A stretch of DNA of 64,000 bases from Mobula hypostoma (lineage: Eukaryota): NCBI RefSeq assembly GCF_963921235.1, contig NC_086106.1, positions 18,910,001-18,974,000 on the forward strand. The letters are read 5' to 3'. This document shows positions 48,001-62,579 of this stretch, one piece after another. How positions within the stretch are numbered: position 1 is the first letter of the stretch; each line of letters begins with the position of its first letter. Under the pieces are notes generated by a model that searched no databases, was not told the origin of the DNA, and saw only the letters and a list, made by a program, of their open reading frames with translations. The translations under genes and the position numbers were made by a program.

Positions 48001-49320
48001 AATATTCATAGTATCTGTATAAATGGGACTGCACATAAGATTTCTCTTTATGCAGATGATCTTTTGGTTTATATCTCGAATCCTGAAGATTCTATTCCTA
48101 ATCTTTGGAATTATTAAATGATTTTGGAAAATTTTCAGGATATAAACTTAATTTAAATAAAAGTGAATTGTTCCCTTTAAATATTCCTGTTTTGATATAT
48201 AAGGATATTCCATTTAGAATTGTAAATTCTTTTAAATATTTGGGTATTATCATTACAAAAAATATAAGGATCTTAAAAAAATTAATGTAGTTCCTTTATT
48301 GGATTCTATGAAACAATTATTTTCTAGATGGAATCCTCTTACACTTTCTTTAATAGGTCGTATTCATGCTGTGAAAATGATTATTTTACCTAGATTTTTA
48401 TATTTTTCAAAATATACCTATCTTTCTAACCAAAAATTTTTTTGATCAAATTGATTCTGCTATTTCGTCCTTTATTTGGAATAATAAAAAATAAGAGTTA
48501 ACAAGTTTCATTTACAAAAATCTAAAAAAGATGGTGGACTCACGTTACCTAATTTAAGATTATATTATTGGGCTGTTAATATTTGACAATTATGTTTTTG
48601 GTTACATTGGCTTGATAGAACCAAAAACTAGCCTGGATTGATTTGGAATTTAAAGATATTAATCAATTTTATTTAACTTCACTATTAGGAGCTCCATTAC
48701 CTTTACAACTTGCTAAAATTTCCAATTTGGATTTCTATCCTGTTATTAAACAGTCCTTACGGATTTGGTTTCAGTTTTGCAACTCAAAACAACATGTAAT
48801 TTCATTTGTTACATTGTTGGCAAGAAGAGCTATCTTATTGAAGTGGAAAGATACCTCTGCTCCTACACTAACTCAATGGTTTTCCCAAGTAATATTATGT
48901 CTTAGTTTGGAAAAATCAGAAGTAGAACTTTTGATCCCCGATTTGATTTTGAGAGAAGGTGGAGCTCTTTTGCTAAATATTATCATTTAATTTGAATCGA
49001 ATTACATGGTTTCCTTCCAATTTTATTTTATATAAATATGATTTGGCGGTTGTTGCTTTTTCTTCTTATATATTGTAAGACGTATTGCTCTGGGAGTTAG
49101 TTCCTAATGGTTTTTTTTCTCTTTTTTTGTTTTGTAGTTTAGTGGGGTTTTTTTTTAGTTAGTTGGGGTTTTCTTTTTGCCTATTCCTTTTATAATATTT
49201 TTTATTAGCATACAAGTTTTTTCTTCAGCTTCATTAATTATATACATACTAATTTGTTGAATTTCTGTATTGTATAGCTGTAGAAGATTATATATTAATA
49301 AAAAGTTTTAAAATGAAAAG
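45085..49320 (+). mobile_element. L1-like LINE: open ORF1 (45263-46069) and disrupted ORF2
   Basis: ORF1 SRRYNIRIVGL..IEAAHRIG..VIVRFL..YPAKL; ORF2 fragments [31 protein letters not shown]; A-rich tail. Confidence 0.9.
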
Positions 49321-49419
49321 AAATGAACATTCCCAGCCGTCTAGGATTGCGTATTCTCAGTTTTTCCTTCAGTACAGAGGTTTACCTGTGAAACTCTGTC
49401 TCTCTGTGTCAGGATAAGT

Positions 49420-52400
49420 ATTCTTTTTCAATATTACATGTTTCCAGGATTTGTTTGTGGGGAAAGTCTTTCTTCATTCGAACAACGGTCAACTAAATAT
49501 AGTTTACCAAAAACCCACTTTGTTTGCTACTTACAAATTAGAGACTTTCTGCGATCTCAATTATATACATTTCCTAATAGTCCAGATAAGAACTTGTTAG
49601 ATGAAATTCTTAATATGAAACCTTTTTATAATAGTTCAATATCCAATATTTATGATGTTTTGATGGGAATGAGAAATGATTCTTTAGACAAAATCAAACA
49701 TCTTTGGGAACAAGATTTACAGACTTCAATTTCTGAAGAAACTTGAAATGAAATTTTTAAATTGGTTCGTACTTCATCGTTCTGTGTCTGTCATTCCCTC
49801 CTACAATTTAAGTGGTCCATAGGGTTTATATAACCAAGGATAAGTTATCTCGTTTTTATATGGATGTATCTCCCTACTGTGATAGGTGTAACAATGGAGA
49901 AGCCTCATTTATTCATCTGTTTTGGACATGTCCAAGTCTTGAAAAATATTGGAAGGAAGTATTTCAAGCTTTTTCTGTACTCTTTAAAGTAAATTTTAAG
50001 CCTACAGCTCTGCCTTTAATACCATCATTCCAAATTAACTGTTTCCTAAGCTCCGGAACCTGGGCCTTAGCACTCAGATCTGCAGATGGATCTTCAACTT
50101 CCTCACAGACAGAACCCAGGCTGTAAAAATAGGGGACAAGCTCTCCTCTACAATCACTCTGAGCACCGGTGCCCCACAAGGCTGTGTACTCAGCCCCCTG
50201 CTGTACTCACTGTACACCCATGATTGTGCAGCCCAGTTTCCATCGAACTCAATATGTAAGTTTGCTGATGACAAAACAATTGTAGGCCGTATCTCAAGTA
50301 ATGATGAGTTTGAGTACAGAGAGGAAATTAAGAACCTGGTGCCACGGTGCGAAGAAAATAACCTATCCCTCAACGTCAGCAAGACGAAGGAATTGGGTGT
50401 TGACTTCAGAAGGAGTAGTGCACCACTCAACCCCATTTACATCGATGGTGCACAAGTGGGACAGGTCAAAAGCTTTAAGTTCCTCGGGGTCAATATCACA
50501 AATGACCTGACTTGGTCCAACCAAGCAGGGTCCACTGCTAAGAAGGCCCACCGGCGCCTTTACTTCCTGACAAAACTTAAGAAATTTGGCCTGTCCCCTA
50601 AAACCCTCACTAATTTTTATAGATGCACCGTAGAAAGCATTCTTCCAGGGTGCATCACAACCTGGTATGGAAGTTGTCCTGTCCAAGACCGAAAGAAGCT
50701 GCAGCAGATTGTGAACACAGCGCAGCACATCACACAAACCAATGTTCCATCCTTGGACTCACTTTACACCGCACGCTGTCGAAGCAGTGCTGCCAGGATA
50801 ATCAAGGACACGACCCACCCAGCCAACATACTTTTCATCTCTCTTCCCTCTGGGAGAAGGCTCAGGAACTTGAAGACTCATACGGCCAGATTTTGGAACA
50901 GCTTCTTTCCATCTGCGATAAGACTGCTGAATGGATCCTGACCCCGATCTGGTCCGTTCCCTCCAAATATCGAGACCTGCCTCTCGGCTATTTTTGCACT
51001 ACCTTACTTTCTATTTTTCTATTTTCTATTTATGATTTATAATTTAAATTTTTAATATTTACTGTTGATTTGTAATCCAGGGAGCGGGAAGTGCAGAATC
51101 AAATATCGCTGTGATGATTGTACATTCTAGTATCAATTGTTTGGCGACAATAAAGTATAAAGCATAATCCTTTGACCACCCTATTTGGTATTGTTGGAGG
51201 GAAAGATGTCATTCTAAAGACATCTGATTTGCACATTCTGGCTTTTATCTCTCTTATGGCTAGGAGGGCGCTTTTGTTTAAATGGAAGGATGCTGTTCCA
51301 CCTAACCACACTCGGTGGTTACGAGATGTCATGGCATGTTTAAATTTAGAAATGATTCGTCGTTCAATTTCTGCATCTAAACCAAGATTTTCAAAATCTG
51401 TGGGGGCCGTTTTTAAATTATTTTCAAAATCTTTGATTTCCCGTTAAAGTACAGAAGCTGGTTAATAGCATATTTCATTTTCTGATAAGGTTTTTTTTTC
51501 TTTTTTTCTTTACCAGTTTCTTTCTTTTCAAATCTTTTTATTGTATATACAGCAAAAATAACATGAGTACATCGAAGTAACAACATTTACAATGCCACAA
51601 AAAAACCATTATCTTAAAGATTGAAAAAAAATTGTGATAACAAAAAAAACCTACTTAGCAGAAAAGTGAGAAAAAAATGAACCCATTAGGTGTACAACCC
51701 CGGAGCCATGCGTCATACAAAAAGCTTCTAAAAATAAACATCAAACCGCCAGCAAGAAAAGAAAATATACTAAAAAATTTACAATTAGATCGTGGAAAAA
51801 ATATATCAATTAACTCAAATGATAATAACGAGCAAATGAGCCCCATCTTTTCTCAAAATCAAATAAAGGTTCAAAGGTTCGACTTCTAATTTTCTCCAAA
51901 CTAAGACATAGCATCACTTGAGAGAACCATTGTGACAAAGTGGGAGCTGATGTATCCTTCCACTTCAACAAAATGGCCCTCCTAACTATCAATGTAACAA
52001 ATGCAATAACATGTTGGTCAGAAACAGAAATACCATGAATAGTTTGAGGAACTATTCCAAAGAGCATAGTTAATTTATTAGGTTGTAAATTAATCTTAAG
52101 TGCTTTAGAAATTGTTGAGAAAACCGACTCCCAGAACTGTTCCAGTATAGAACAAGACCAAAACATATGTGTCAATATAGCTATCTCAGTTTTACATCTA
52201 TCACAATGACTATCAACATTAGGAAAGATTTTAGAAAGTCTCTTCTTTGTTAAATGATAAGGATGTACAATTTTAAATTGAATCAATGAATGGCTAGCAC
52301 AAATTGAAGAAGAGTTAACCAACTTCAATTTCCGCATCCAATCCTCCATCATAAAAGTCAAATTAAGTTCCTTTTCCCAATCCTGCCTATTCTTAGATAA

Positions 52401-53480
52401 AGGACGCTTATCCCATTGTAATAATAAATCATAAATTCTTCCAATGGAACCCTTAATCAAAGGATTCATACTCATAATAGTATCTAAGAGGTCAGCCTCC
52501 AATATGCAAAGGAAATTACATAAATATTTTTGTAAAAAATATCTAACTTGAAGGTATTGCAGAAAGTGTGAGTATGAAAGAGAATATTTATCAATTAATT
52601 GTTCAAAAGACATCAATCTATCTTCTTTAAATAAATCCAAACAAAATTAATACCTTTATTTTTCCAAAGTAAAAAAAAATTGGATCACTCAAAGAAGGCT
52701 TAAAAAAGTAATTCCGGTAAATTAAACTTCAAAGTTTGAATTTTTTAAGATTAAAAAAATTGTGGAACTGGAGCCAAATTTGTAAAGAATACTTAATCAC
52801 AGGATATAGGTTTAAATTAACAACTTTACCTAATTGCATAGGTAAAGGAGCTCCCAATAACGAGGTTAAATAAAACTGATTTACAACTTTCAGTTCCAGG
52901 TCTACTCAAATTGGCCGATCACTCTTATCAGCCCAGTATAACCAAAAAGACATATATCACAGATTAACAGCCCAATAATATATTCTAAAATTAGGCAAAG
53001 CAAGACCTCCATCCTTTTTCAAGGAGGGTGCTTTTACTTAAATGGAAGGATGCTGTTCCGCCTCATCACGCTCAGTGGTTACAAGATGTTATGGCATGCT
53101 TAGATTTAGAAATGATTCGTTGTTCAATTTCTGAATCTAATCCAAGATTTTCAAAATCTGTGGGGGCCGTTTTTAAATTATTTTCAAAATCTTTGATTTC
53201 CCGTTAAAGTACAGAAGCTGGTTAATAGCATATTTCATTATCGGATAAGGTTATTTTTTTCTTTTTTTCTTTACCAAACAGTTTCGACTTTGGTCGAGGG
53301 TATAGATTTTTTATATAAAATTGTTCATGTTCTAACATACGAATTAATCTAATCTATATGAATATAGAGTAAGGAGTTCGTTAATGTGATTCAATATAAT
53401 GTATCTGGTATTATTATATTTTTACTTTTGTTTTATAATATGTATTTTCTTGGACTCTGTATTCTTCTATGTAGAAATTG
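49420..53480. mobile_element. Nested L1 3' fragments (both strands) with a Rex1/Babar-like insertion at ~50040-51165
   Basis: L1 C-terminal motifs (CDRC..HLFWTC, ILLKWKD); Rex-like ORF 50339-50941 [21 protein letters not shown]. Confidence 0.8.
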
Positions 53481-53869
53481 ACAAAAATATTGAACAAGTA
53501 TTTAAAGTTTTCTTCAGTATCAAGGTTTACCTGTGAAACTCTGTCTCTCCATGTTAAGATAAGTATTAGAAGTTTTACTTCAGTACTGAGGTTTACCTGT
53601 GTAACTCTGTCCCTCCGTGTCAAGATAAGTATTCTACGTTTTACTTCAGTAACTCTGTCTGTCCATGTTAAGAAAAGTATTGTCTGCCTCTTGCCTTCCT
53701 ACGCTCCGTGTCAAGATGAATTTTGCCTGCTGCCTGTCTCCTGTTTGCCGTTCAGCCCCAGCAATGCCCTGAGCCAAGAGAAGTTCCACCTGCCTCCTGC
53801 CTTCCTGTTCACCCTCCTGTTTGCCGTTCAACTCCAGCCACGCTCACGCCTTCGTCTGCATCCTAACTC

Positions 53870-55100
53870 AATTTCCGTGCCAGTGTCCTGCGTTTGGGTT
53901 CGCCCCGTTCTTTGCAACATTTTCCTCATATTCATGTGCCTATCCACATGTCTATTAAAAGTTCCTAATATATTTGTCTCTACCACCATATCAGGCAGCA
54001 CATTCCAGGTATCCACTACTCTCTGAGTGAAAAACCTTACCCCTCACATCCCCTTTGAACCTATCTCCTCTCACCTTCAATACATGCTCTCTGGTATTTG
54101 AAATTTCTACTCTGGGTAAAAGATACCCCGTCGACTCTACCTATTCCTCTCATAATCTTTTAAACCACTTTCAGACCTCCCCTCAGCCTCTGCCACTCCA
54201 AAGAAAACCACCCAAGTTTGTTTAGCCTCTCATAATAGCACATTCCCTCAAAAACAGACAGCAACCTATTAAACCTCTTCTGACCCTCTTCAAAGCCTCA
54301 ACATCCTTCCTATAGTGGGGTTACCAGAACTGAATCTGATCCTCCAGATCTGGCCGAACCAGAATTTCATAAAATTGCAACATAGCCCTTTGACTTTTGA
54401 ACTCAATGTCTCAACTAATAAAAGCAAGCTTTCCATAAGCCTTCCTAACTGCGCTGTCGACCTGTGTCACGGCTTTCAAGGAACTATGAAAGTGGACCCC
54501 AAGATCTCTCTGCTCAGCAACATTGTAAAGGACCTTGCATTAGTCCTACCAGGTGCAACAGCTCACACTTATCTGGGTAAAACTCCATCTGCAATTTCTC
54601 TGCCTATATCTGCAACTGATGTGCATCGTGCTGTATTCTTTGCCAGGCTTCTGCACTATTCGCAACTCTGCCAATCTTGGTATCATCTGCAAATTTACCA
54701 ACCCACCCATCTACGTTTTCATCCAGGTCAGTTATATACATCACAAACAGCAGAAGTACCAGCACAGATCCCTGTGAAACACCATGAATTACAGACCTCC
54801 AGATCAAATAAGTCCCCTCGATCACTACCCTCAGCCTCCTCAGTGCAACCTAGTTCTGAATCAAAACACACAATTCACCGTGGACCCCATGCATCCTAAT
54901 CTTCTGGATTAGCCTCCCATGAGGGACTTTGTCAAATGCCTTACTAAAATCCATGTGGACAACATACACTTCCCTACACTCATCAATCTGTCTCATCACC
55001 TTTTCAAAAAACTGAATCAAGTTGGTAAGGCATGACCTGCCATGCACAAAGCCATGCTGGCTCTCCCTAGGATGGCCATGGGTTTCCAAATGCACATCTC
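53870..55100 (-). mobile_element. CR1 RT 3' fragment
   Basis: [37 protein letters not shown]. Confidence 0.9.
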
Positions 55101-55109
55101 TCTTTCTTT

Positions 55110-58100
55110 TCAGTTTTTTTATTGATTATTTGCATAGACTAATACAAAATATATTATAATATTATGGAACAAGAAACAAGATTGAATTGCCCCAAATCTA
55201 TATATAGTAGATTAACCGTAATATTGAAAAGGTATATTTTATTGTAATCTAAATCAAAATCAAAACCCCATAACAAACAGAAAAAAAAGAGAAAAAAGAA
55301 ACAGCTGTTTGGTTAAAAGAAAAAAAAAATCTCTGACATGAAGTCGTAAATTTGAACATATAATAGCCATCATCATTGCTGACCAAATCGAAAATTGTGA
55401 AAGAAATTCCAAAAAGGTCCCATAATGTGAAAAAATCTTGTCCAGGTATGGAAATAGAACACCTAATCTTCTCTAGATTTAAACATGACATAACATCAAT
55501 TAACCAATGGGCATGAGTAGGTGGAGGCATCATTCCATTTAAGCAACAAAACTCTTCCGGCTAAAAGAGAAATAAAAGCCAAAATATGTCAATCATTCGG
55601 CTTAAGAGTAAAATCATTTCCTCCAACAATGCCAAACAAGGCAGTCAGAGGGTTGGTTTTACTTTAAAAAAGCTCCGAGAGTGTTTGAAATATTTCTTTC
55701 CAAAATTTATCAAGCCACGGGCAGGACGAAAACATATGAATTAGAGAGGCCTCTTCGACATTACACCTATTACAGTATGGAGAAATATCTGAGTAAAAAC
55801 GAGACAGCTTATCTTTAGTCATATAGGCTCTATGAATGACTTTAAATTGTAAAAGAGAGTGACACGCACATAACGAAGAGGTGTGAACCAGTTTAAAAAT
55901 TTCATTCCAAGTATCCTCATCAATTGAAATCTGCAAGTCATGTTCCCAGAGGGTTTTAATTTTAGCTAACGGAATATTTCTCAATGCCAACAACATATTA
56001 GAGATATTAGAAATAGTTCCATCATGAAAAGGTTTCAAAGTAAAAATTTTATCAATTAAATTCTTATCTGGACATTTAGGAAATGTATAAAGTTGAGAAT
56101 GCAAGAAGTCTCTAATTTGTAAATATCTAAAAAAGTGAGCTTTATAAAGATTATATTAATAGACAGTTGATCAAATGAAGAAAGACTTTCTCCAACAAAC
56201 ATATCCTGAAACCATTTAATACCTAGTCTATTCCACTCTTTAAAAACCACATCAGTCAAAGAAGGTTTAAAAAAATAATTAGAAAAAATGGGACTAGAGA
56301 GTGAAAAACCAAATAACCCAAAGAATTTCCTAAATTGTAACCAATTCCTCAAAGAATGTTTAACTACAAAATTATCAGTTAAATTACTTAAGGGTAGAGG
56401 AATTGAACAACCAAAAAGAGAAATAATAGAACATTTATTAACAGAATTATCTTCTGAAGAAACCCAAACCGGACAGTCTTCACGATTAATGTAGTATATA
56501 CAAAACGTAAGGTAACGTATATTGACTGTCCAGTAGTAAAACCTAAAATTGGGTAGGGCTAATCCCCCATTTTTTAGCTTTCTGAAGATGAACTTTGTTT
56601 AATCAGGAGGTTTTATTCTTCCATAAGTAAGAAGATATAACCGAGTCTACAGAGTTGAGAAAGGATTTAGGAATAAAAACAGGTAGGCCTTGAAATAGAT
56701 ATAACATTTAGGCAAAATGTTCATTTTAATAGAACTAATACATCCAATCAGCAATAAAGAAAGGGGAGACCAATTTGATAGTACCTTCTTAACATATTCC
56801 AAAAGAGTGATAAAGTTTTCTTTAAAAAGAAATTTATAATTCTTAGTAATTGTTATACTCAAATACGTAAATTGATTTCTTACAATTTTAAAAGGAAGGT
56901 CAGAGTTGACTGATAAAGTTCACTCTTATGAAGATTAAGTTTATATCTTGAGAACTGACTAAATTCAGAAAGTAAAGTGAGTATTGAGGGTAGAGAGCAC
57001 TCCAGATTAGAAATGTAGAGCAAAAGCTCATCAGCATAAAGCGACACCTGATGAGTGATACCCTTCCTTAAAATACCCGAGATGTCAACGGGTTCACGAA
57101 ACGCAATGGCTAATGGCTCTAAAGCCAGGTCAAAAAGCAAAGGACTCAAAGGACATCCTTGTCTAGTTCCATGTTGAAGATTAAATGGTTTAGAACTTTG
57201 AGAGTTGGTAAGAACCTGTGCAGTGGGAGATGAATAAAGTAATTTAATCCATTGAATAAAATCGGAGCCAAATTTATATCTTTCTAATATTTTAAATAAT
57301 GAATTCCATTCAACCCCATCAAAGGCTTTCTCAGCATCCAAAGAAATCACACATTCAAAATTTTATTTAGAGGGAGAATAAATAACATCCAGTAAACGAC
57401 AAATGTTAAAATGAGAATAACAATTTTTATAAATCCGGTCTGGTCATCAGAGATAATAAAAGGCAGGATGTTTTCCATCCTATGAGCCAAAAATTTAGAT
57501 AAAATATTAGCCTCAATGTTAAGTAAAAAAATAGGTCAGTAGGAAGAACAATCAGTTGGATCTTAATTCTTTTTGCAAATAAGTGAAATAGAGGCATCAT
57601 AAAAAGATTGTGGCAATCTACCTAATTTAAAAGAGTCAGAAAGAACAGAAAGTAAGTGAGGAATAAGCAAAGGGGCAAAAGCCCTGTAGAACTCTCCAGA
57701 TAATCCCTCAGTGCCGGGTGCCTTCCCCGAACTCAGAGAGTGGACAACCCGGGCAATTTCCTCAGAAGAAAAAGATTGATCTAACCATCTTTGATTAATT
57801 TCAGAAAGTGAGGGAATGTTTAAAACGATCTGGAAAATTATTCATAGCAAAATTGGCTTTTAGGGGAATCTGAACTATACAGTTTAGAGTAAAATTCTCT
57901 AAAAGTATCGTCTATTTCTAATTGATCAGAAGTTTTATCACCATTCGCTTTGGAGATTTCCTTAATTTGATGTTTAATTGTTAAAGTTGATTAAGTTTGC
58001 CTGTTTTATAACCATAAATATAAAATTGACTTTTATATTTTAAAAGTTGAGTTTCAACAGGGTAAGTTAAAAACAGATCATATTTAGTTTTAACTTCCAC

Positions 58101-59340
58101 ACGTCTTTTATACAAAACGGGATCCGGATCAGAAGCATATTTTTGATCTAAATGATTCAGCTGATTGGCTAAATCAGTTCTCTCCTTGTTCGCTTTTTTT
58201 TCTTAATACTTGCTGTATTGGAAATAACTTGGCCTTTAATATAAGCCTTGAAAGCATCCCAAAGTAATAAGGTTAGAAGTGCCATCTAGCATAAACTTTT
58301 CAAAGAAAAAAGTAATTTGACTCTCTAAAAATTGTAAAAAAAAAGCCTTATCCTATAGTAAAATTGAATTAAAACACCAAAATCTGTTTGATCGAGAAAC
58401 ACTCGGAAGATTTAAGGATAAAAAGAAGGGGGCATGATCTGAAACAGCAATTTCTTTGTAATCACAGGATCGAACAGAGGGTATCAAGTGACTATCAACG
58501 AAAAAATAATCGATCTTGGGTATGAGGAACATGAGAAAAAAGGAATATTCTCTACTTGATGGGTGTAAAAAACGCCATACATCAATAATGCCACATTTCA
58601 TTAGAAATGATTGGTTATAGGAGGCAGCTCTACTAATATTCAATGGTTTCGAAGATGAATGGTCAAAAACAGGGTCAAGACAACAGTTAAAATCCCCTCC
58701 CAAAATTAAAGAGTACAAATGTAAGTCTGGTAAAAAGGGGGGAAAAAAACATTCAGAAAAGCCAGGACCGTCTATATTTGGAGCATAGGGATTAGCAAAA
58801 ACCATTATTTTGTTATCTAGTTTCCCTGAAACTATAACAAACCACCCATTGGGGTGGGACACTACATCATGTTCAACAAAAGCAACTGAATTGTCAATCA
58901 AAATTGAAGTACCTCTGGCCTTGGCTTGAAAAGAAGAGTGAAAAGCTAGACCATTTCAACATTTGAACAAACGCCCGCAGTCAGATCTGCGAACATGTGT
59001 CTCTTGTAAAAAGAAATAATTGAGGCATTCAATTTCTTAATATAAGTAAAGATCTTATTGCATTTCACAGGGTGGTTTAAATCTTTCACATTTAAACTAA
59101 GAAAATTAATATTGTAAACCATTTGATTAAGTTTAAAACAGAGGGTAAACATATAAACCACTGGAATGTACCAAACCTCCAAGCCTTAAAATTTAAAATA
59201 CTTGACCAAGCAATAGATGAGGCAGGGATTACCAAACAGCTGGTAAAAGGGAAAAAGATTTTAAAAAAACAGCCCATTCCCATCCACCTACCTCCCAAGG
59301 AAAAAAATCATCCAAGCGATGGCAAAAGCTAATCTACTGG
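55110..59340 (-). mobile_element. Degenerate L1 ORF2 (endonuclease to C-terminus)
   Basis: [61 protein letters not shown]. Confidence 0.9.
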
Positions 59341-60011
59341 TAAATCCCTCCCCAGCATCCCACTGGCAAAGCTGCAAGAGAAGAAAAAATTAGTACAGAA
59401 TGAATTCAAACCTAGACTAACTAACCTTCAAAAGAACTAAAAAATATCAAAACATATTTGCAAAAAATAATTACAAAGAGAACTTACTAAAGTTAAGTCT
59501 GTTAATTTCTTAAACAGAAAAAATAAAAAAATAAGAAAAAGAAGAAATATTTATGAAAATATATCGAAAGAAAGAATTATTCAAAGAAAAAGTAAAAAAC
59601 AAATAAACTACGCAAAAGCAATGAATTAATCAGTCAAACTGCAGGAACAAGGTTATATGAAGCAGAAATAAACATTTAAACTTCTGGAGTTGATAGACTA
59701 AATATTATTCCAAAGAACTGAAGGAGAACTCAAAACACCATGTTGAAAAAAAGTTAACTCAGCAAAAAAATACGATAAGAACAGAAACTAATTAGAAGAG
59801 TATAGGAGAAAAGAAGAGAGAATTGTTCAAAACAAAAAGGAGAAGAAAAAGAATTATTTATGAGAATAAATCAAAAAATAGAATTATTCAAAGAAAACAG
59901 TGAGAAACAAATAAACTATAGAATTGCAACAAATTAATCAGTCAAACTCAGGGAACCAGGTTATATGAAGCAGAAATAGACATTTAAACTTCTGGAGTTG
60001 ATAAACTAAAT

Positions 60012-61085
60012 ATTATTCCAAAGAGCTAATATCTCTATCGCTAAGAATTTTATCCAGCAATTTCCCTACAACTGATGTGAGTCTTCCCATTCTAGAGTTC
60101 TCAAGATTTTCCCTTGTTCCCTTCTTAAATAGAGGTACAACATTAGCTAATTGCCAGTCATCTGGGACCTTGCCTGTGCCTAGAGAGGAAACAAACATAC
60201 CAGTTAAGGGCCCAGCAATCTTGTCTTTTGCCTCCTTCAATAACCTGGGGTAAATCCCATCAGGCCCTGGGGACATCCACTGTAATACTCATTTGGAGAT
60301 CCAACACTTCCTTCTCCTTAACCTCTAAACATCCTAACATATCTCTGCACTCAGCTATGATCTCCTGCTCCTCCAAGTCATTTTTTTTGGGAAATACTGA
60401 AGCAAAGTTTTCATTAAGTACCTCACTCACCTTCTCCGCATCCAAGCAAATGTTCCCCTCTTTATCCTTGAGTAGCCCTACCTTCTCCCTAGTTATCCCC
60501 TTGTTCTTGATGTATGTGTAGAATACCTTGGGATTCAGCTTAATCCAACTTCCCAAGGGCTTTTCATAGCCCCTCCTGGCTTTCCTAATTCCTTTCTTTA
60601 CTTCTTTTCTGGTTTATTTATACTCCTCATTCGCTTCGTTTGATTCTAACTTCCAAAGCTTTGCATGTTTTTCCTTTTTCTTCTTGACAAAATTCATCAC
60701 CTCTCTGGACATCCAAAGTTCTTTCATCATTCCATCCCTGTCTTTCCTTCTAACAGAAATCTACTTTACGATACTCTGAGCAATTGATTTTTAAACACCT
60801 TCCACAAGATTGATATGGAATTGCCAGAAAAAAGGTTTTCCCAATTAACTCTTCTGAGTTCCTTCCTAATGCCCTCAGAATTTGCACTTATCAAATTTAA
60901 GAATCTCCTGCAATGTTCATACCTGTCCTTATCTACAGCTATCCTGAAAGTTAAGGAGTTGTGTTCACTGCTCCCTAACTGCTCATCCACTAAGAGGTTG
61001 ATCACCTGGCCAGGCTCATTACCCAACACCAGGACCAGTACAGCTCCTCCTCCTGTTGGACCGTCTACATATTGATTTAAGAAAC
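60012..61085 (-). mobile_element. CR1 ORF2 fragment
   Basis: SPGPDGIYPRLLKE..W..ANVVPLFKKG; FLNQYVDGPT.GGAVL.LVLGNE. Confidence 0.88.
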
Positions 61086-61234
61086 CTCCCTGCTGGTCAC
61101 CCATCTACTATGTGAAGCTTGTATTCTGGGTGTGACCACCTCCAATTCTGAATGAAACCACCAATTCTCCAGAACCTGGGTCTCTGTACCTCTATCTGCA
61201 AATGAATCCTCAATTTCCTAATCAGCAATCTACA

Positions 61235-61890
61235 AACCGTGTGGATTGGTCATAACATCTTCTACTTGCTGATAATCAACACTGGTATACAACAGGGATG
61301 TGCACTTAACCCACTGCTCTACTCTCTCTACACCCATGACTGTGTGCTTGAATACAGGTCAAATGTCATCTATAAATTTGCTTATGATAGAACCATTGTT
61401 GGCAGAATCGTAGAAGGAGATGAGAGGCTGTGCAGGAGTTAGATATAACAGCTAGTTGGATGGTGTTGCAGCAATAACCTTGCACTCAAGAGCTGATTGT
61501 GAACTTCAGAAAGTGTAAGACAAGGGGACAGGAAACAATTCTCATAGAGGAATTAGAAGTGGAGAGAGTGAGCAGTTTCAAGTTCCTGGGTGTCAAGATC
61601 TCTGAGGATCTAACCTGGTCCCAACATATTGATGCAGTAATATAGAAGTCAAGACAGTGGGTATGTTTCATTTGGAGTTTGAGGAGATTTGGTTTGTCAT
61701 CTAGAACACTTGAAAATTTCTACAGATATACTGTGGAGAGCATTCTGACAGACTGCATCACTGTCTTGTATGCAGAGTCCACTGCAAAGGATCAAAGCAA
61801 GCTACAGAATATTGTAAAATTAGTCATTTCCATCATGGGTACTAGCCTCCGTAGTATCCAAGACATCTTCAAGGAGCAATCCCTCAGAAA
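61235..61890 (+). mobile_element. Rex1/Babar-like LINE fragment
   Basis: [21 protein letters not shown]; LSSRTLENFYRYTVESILT. Confidence 0.75.
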
Positions 61891-62579
61891 TGATCTCAGA
61901 CATATGCTGGTGATATTAAACCAGATTCTGATTCTAACTGCAGGATCCTCGACTCTCTGATTCTACAAACACGTGCAATTTACAGTGGCCAATTAACCCA
62001 CAAACAAGCATATATTTGGGATGTGGAAGGAGACATATTTCAACACGGTGATGTCATCTGAGGAGCTCCTGCAGACTTGGGAACTCCTGATGCTCTGGAA
62101 TCCACCCACACCATTCAGCAGAGTCTCTGTGCCTGACTGTTACCCTGACACCCAGAGACTGTTGGTTACTATTACAGCAGCTAGTTTAACTAAAGGCTCA
62201 CTATCTGGAGGTGTTCCTCTGACCCCTATTGGTTGTAGTTATTATTCCAGGGTAACAAATTGTTCAAATCAAATCTGCTTCAGTCAAAATTGGTGTCTGA
62301 ACAACAGGAAGAATGAGATCATCACTGAGGGACAAATAACTACATGTGTTGCATATAAGAGATAAAAGCTACTGAAATTACAGGACAACCACTAACTGTG
62401 GAGAGAGCAACAAACTAATATCGCAAGCCTTTCACCGGAGCTGAGGAAATTAGACATTTTAAGGTTGAAAGCTAAGTACAGTATCATAAAAAATTCCATC
62501 TCACTCTGACCTTCACTCTCCACGATAAGCAAAACGCCATGGTACTGCTGCTTGATCTCTCTTAAAATGTACTTGGCAG

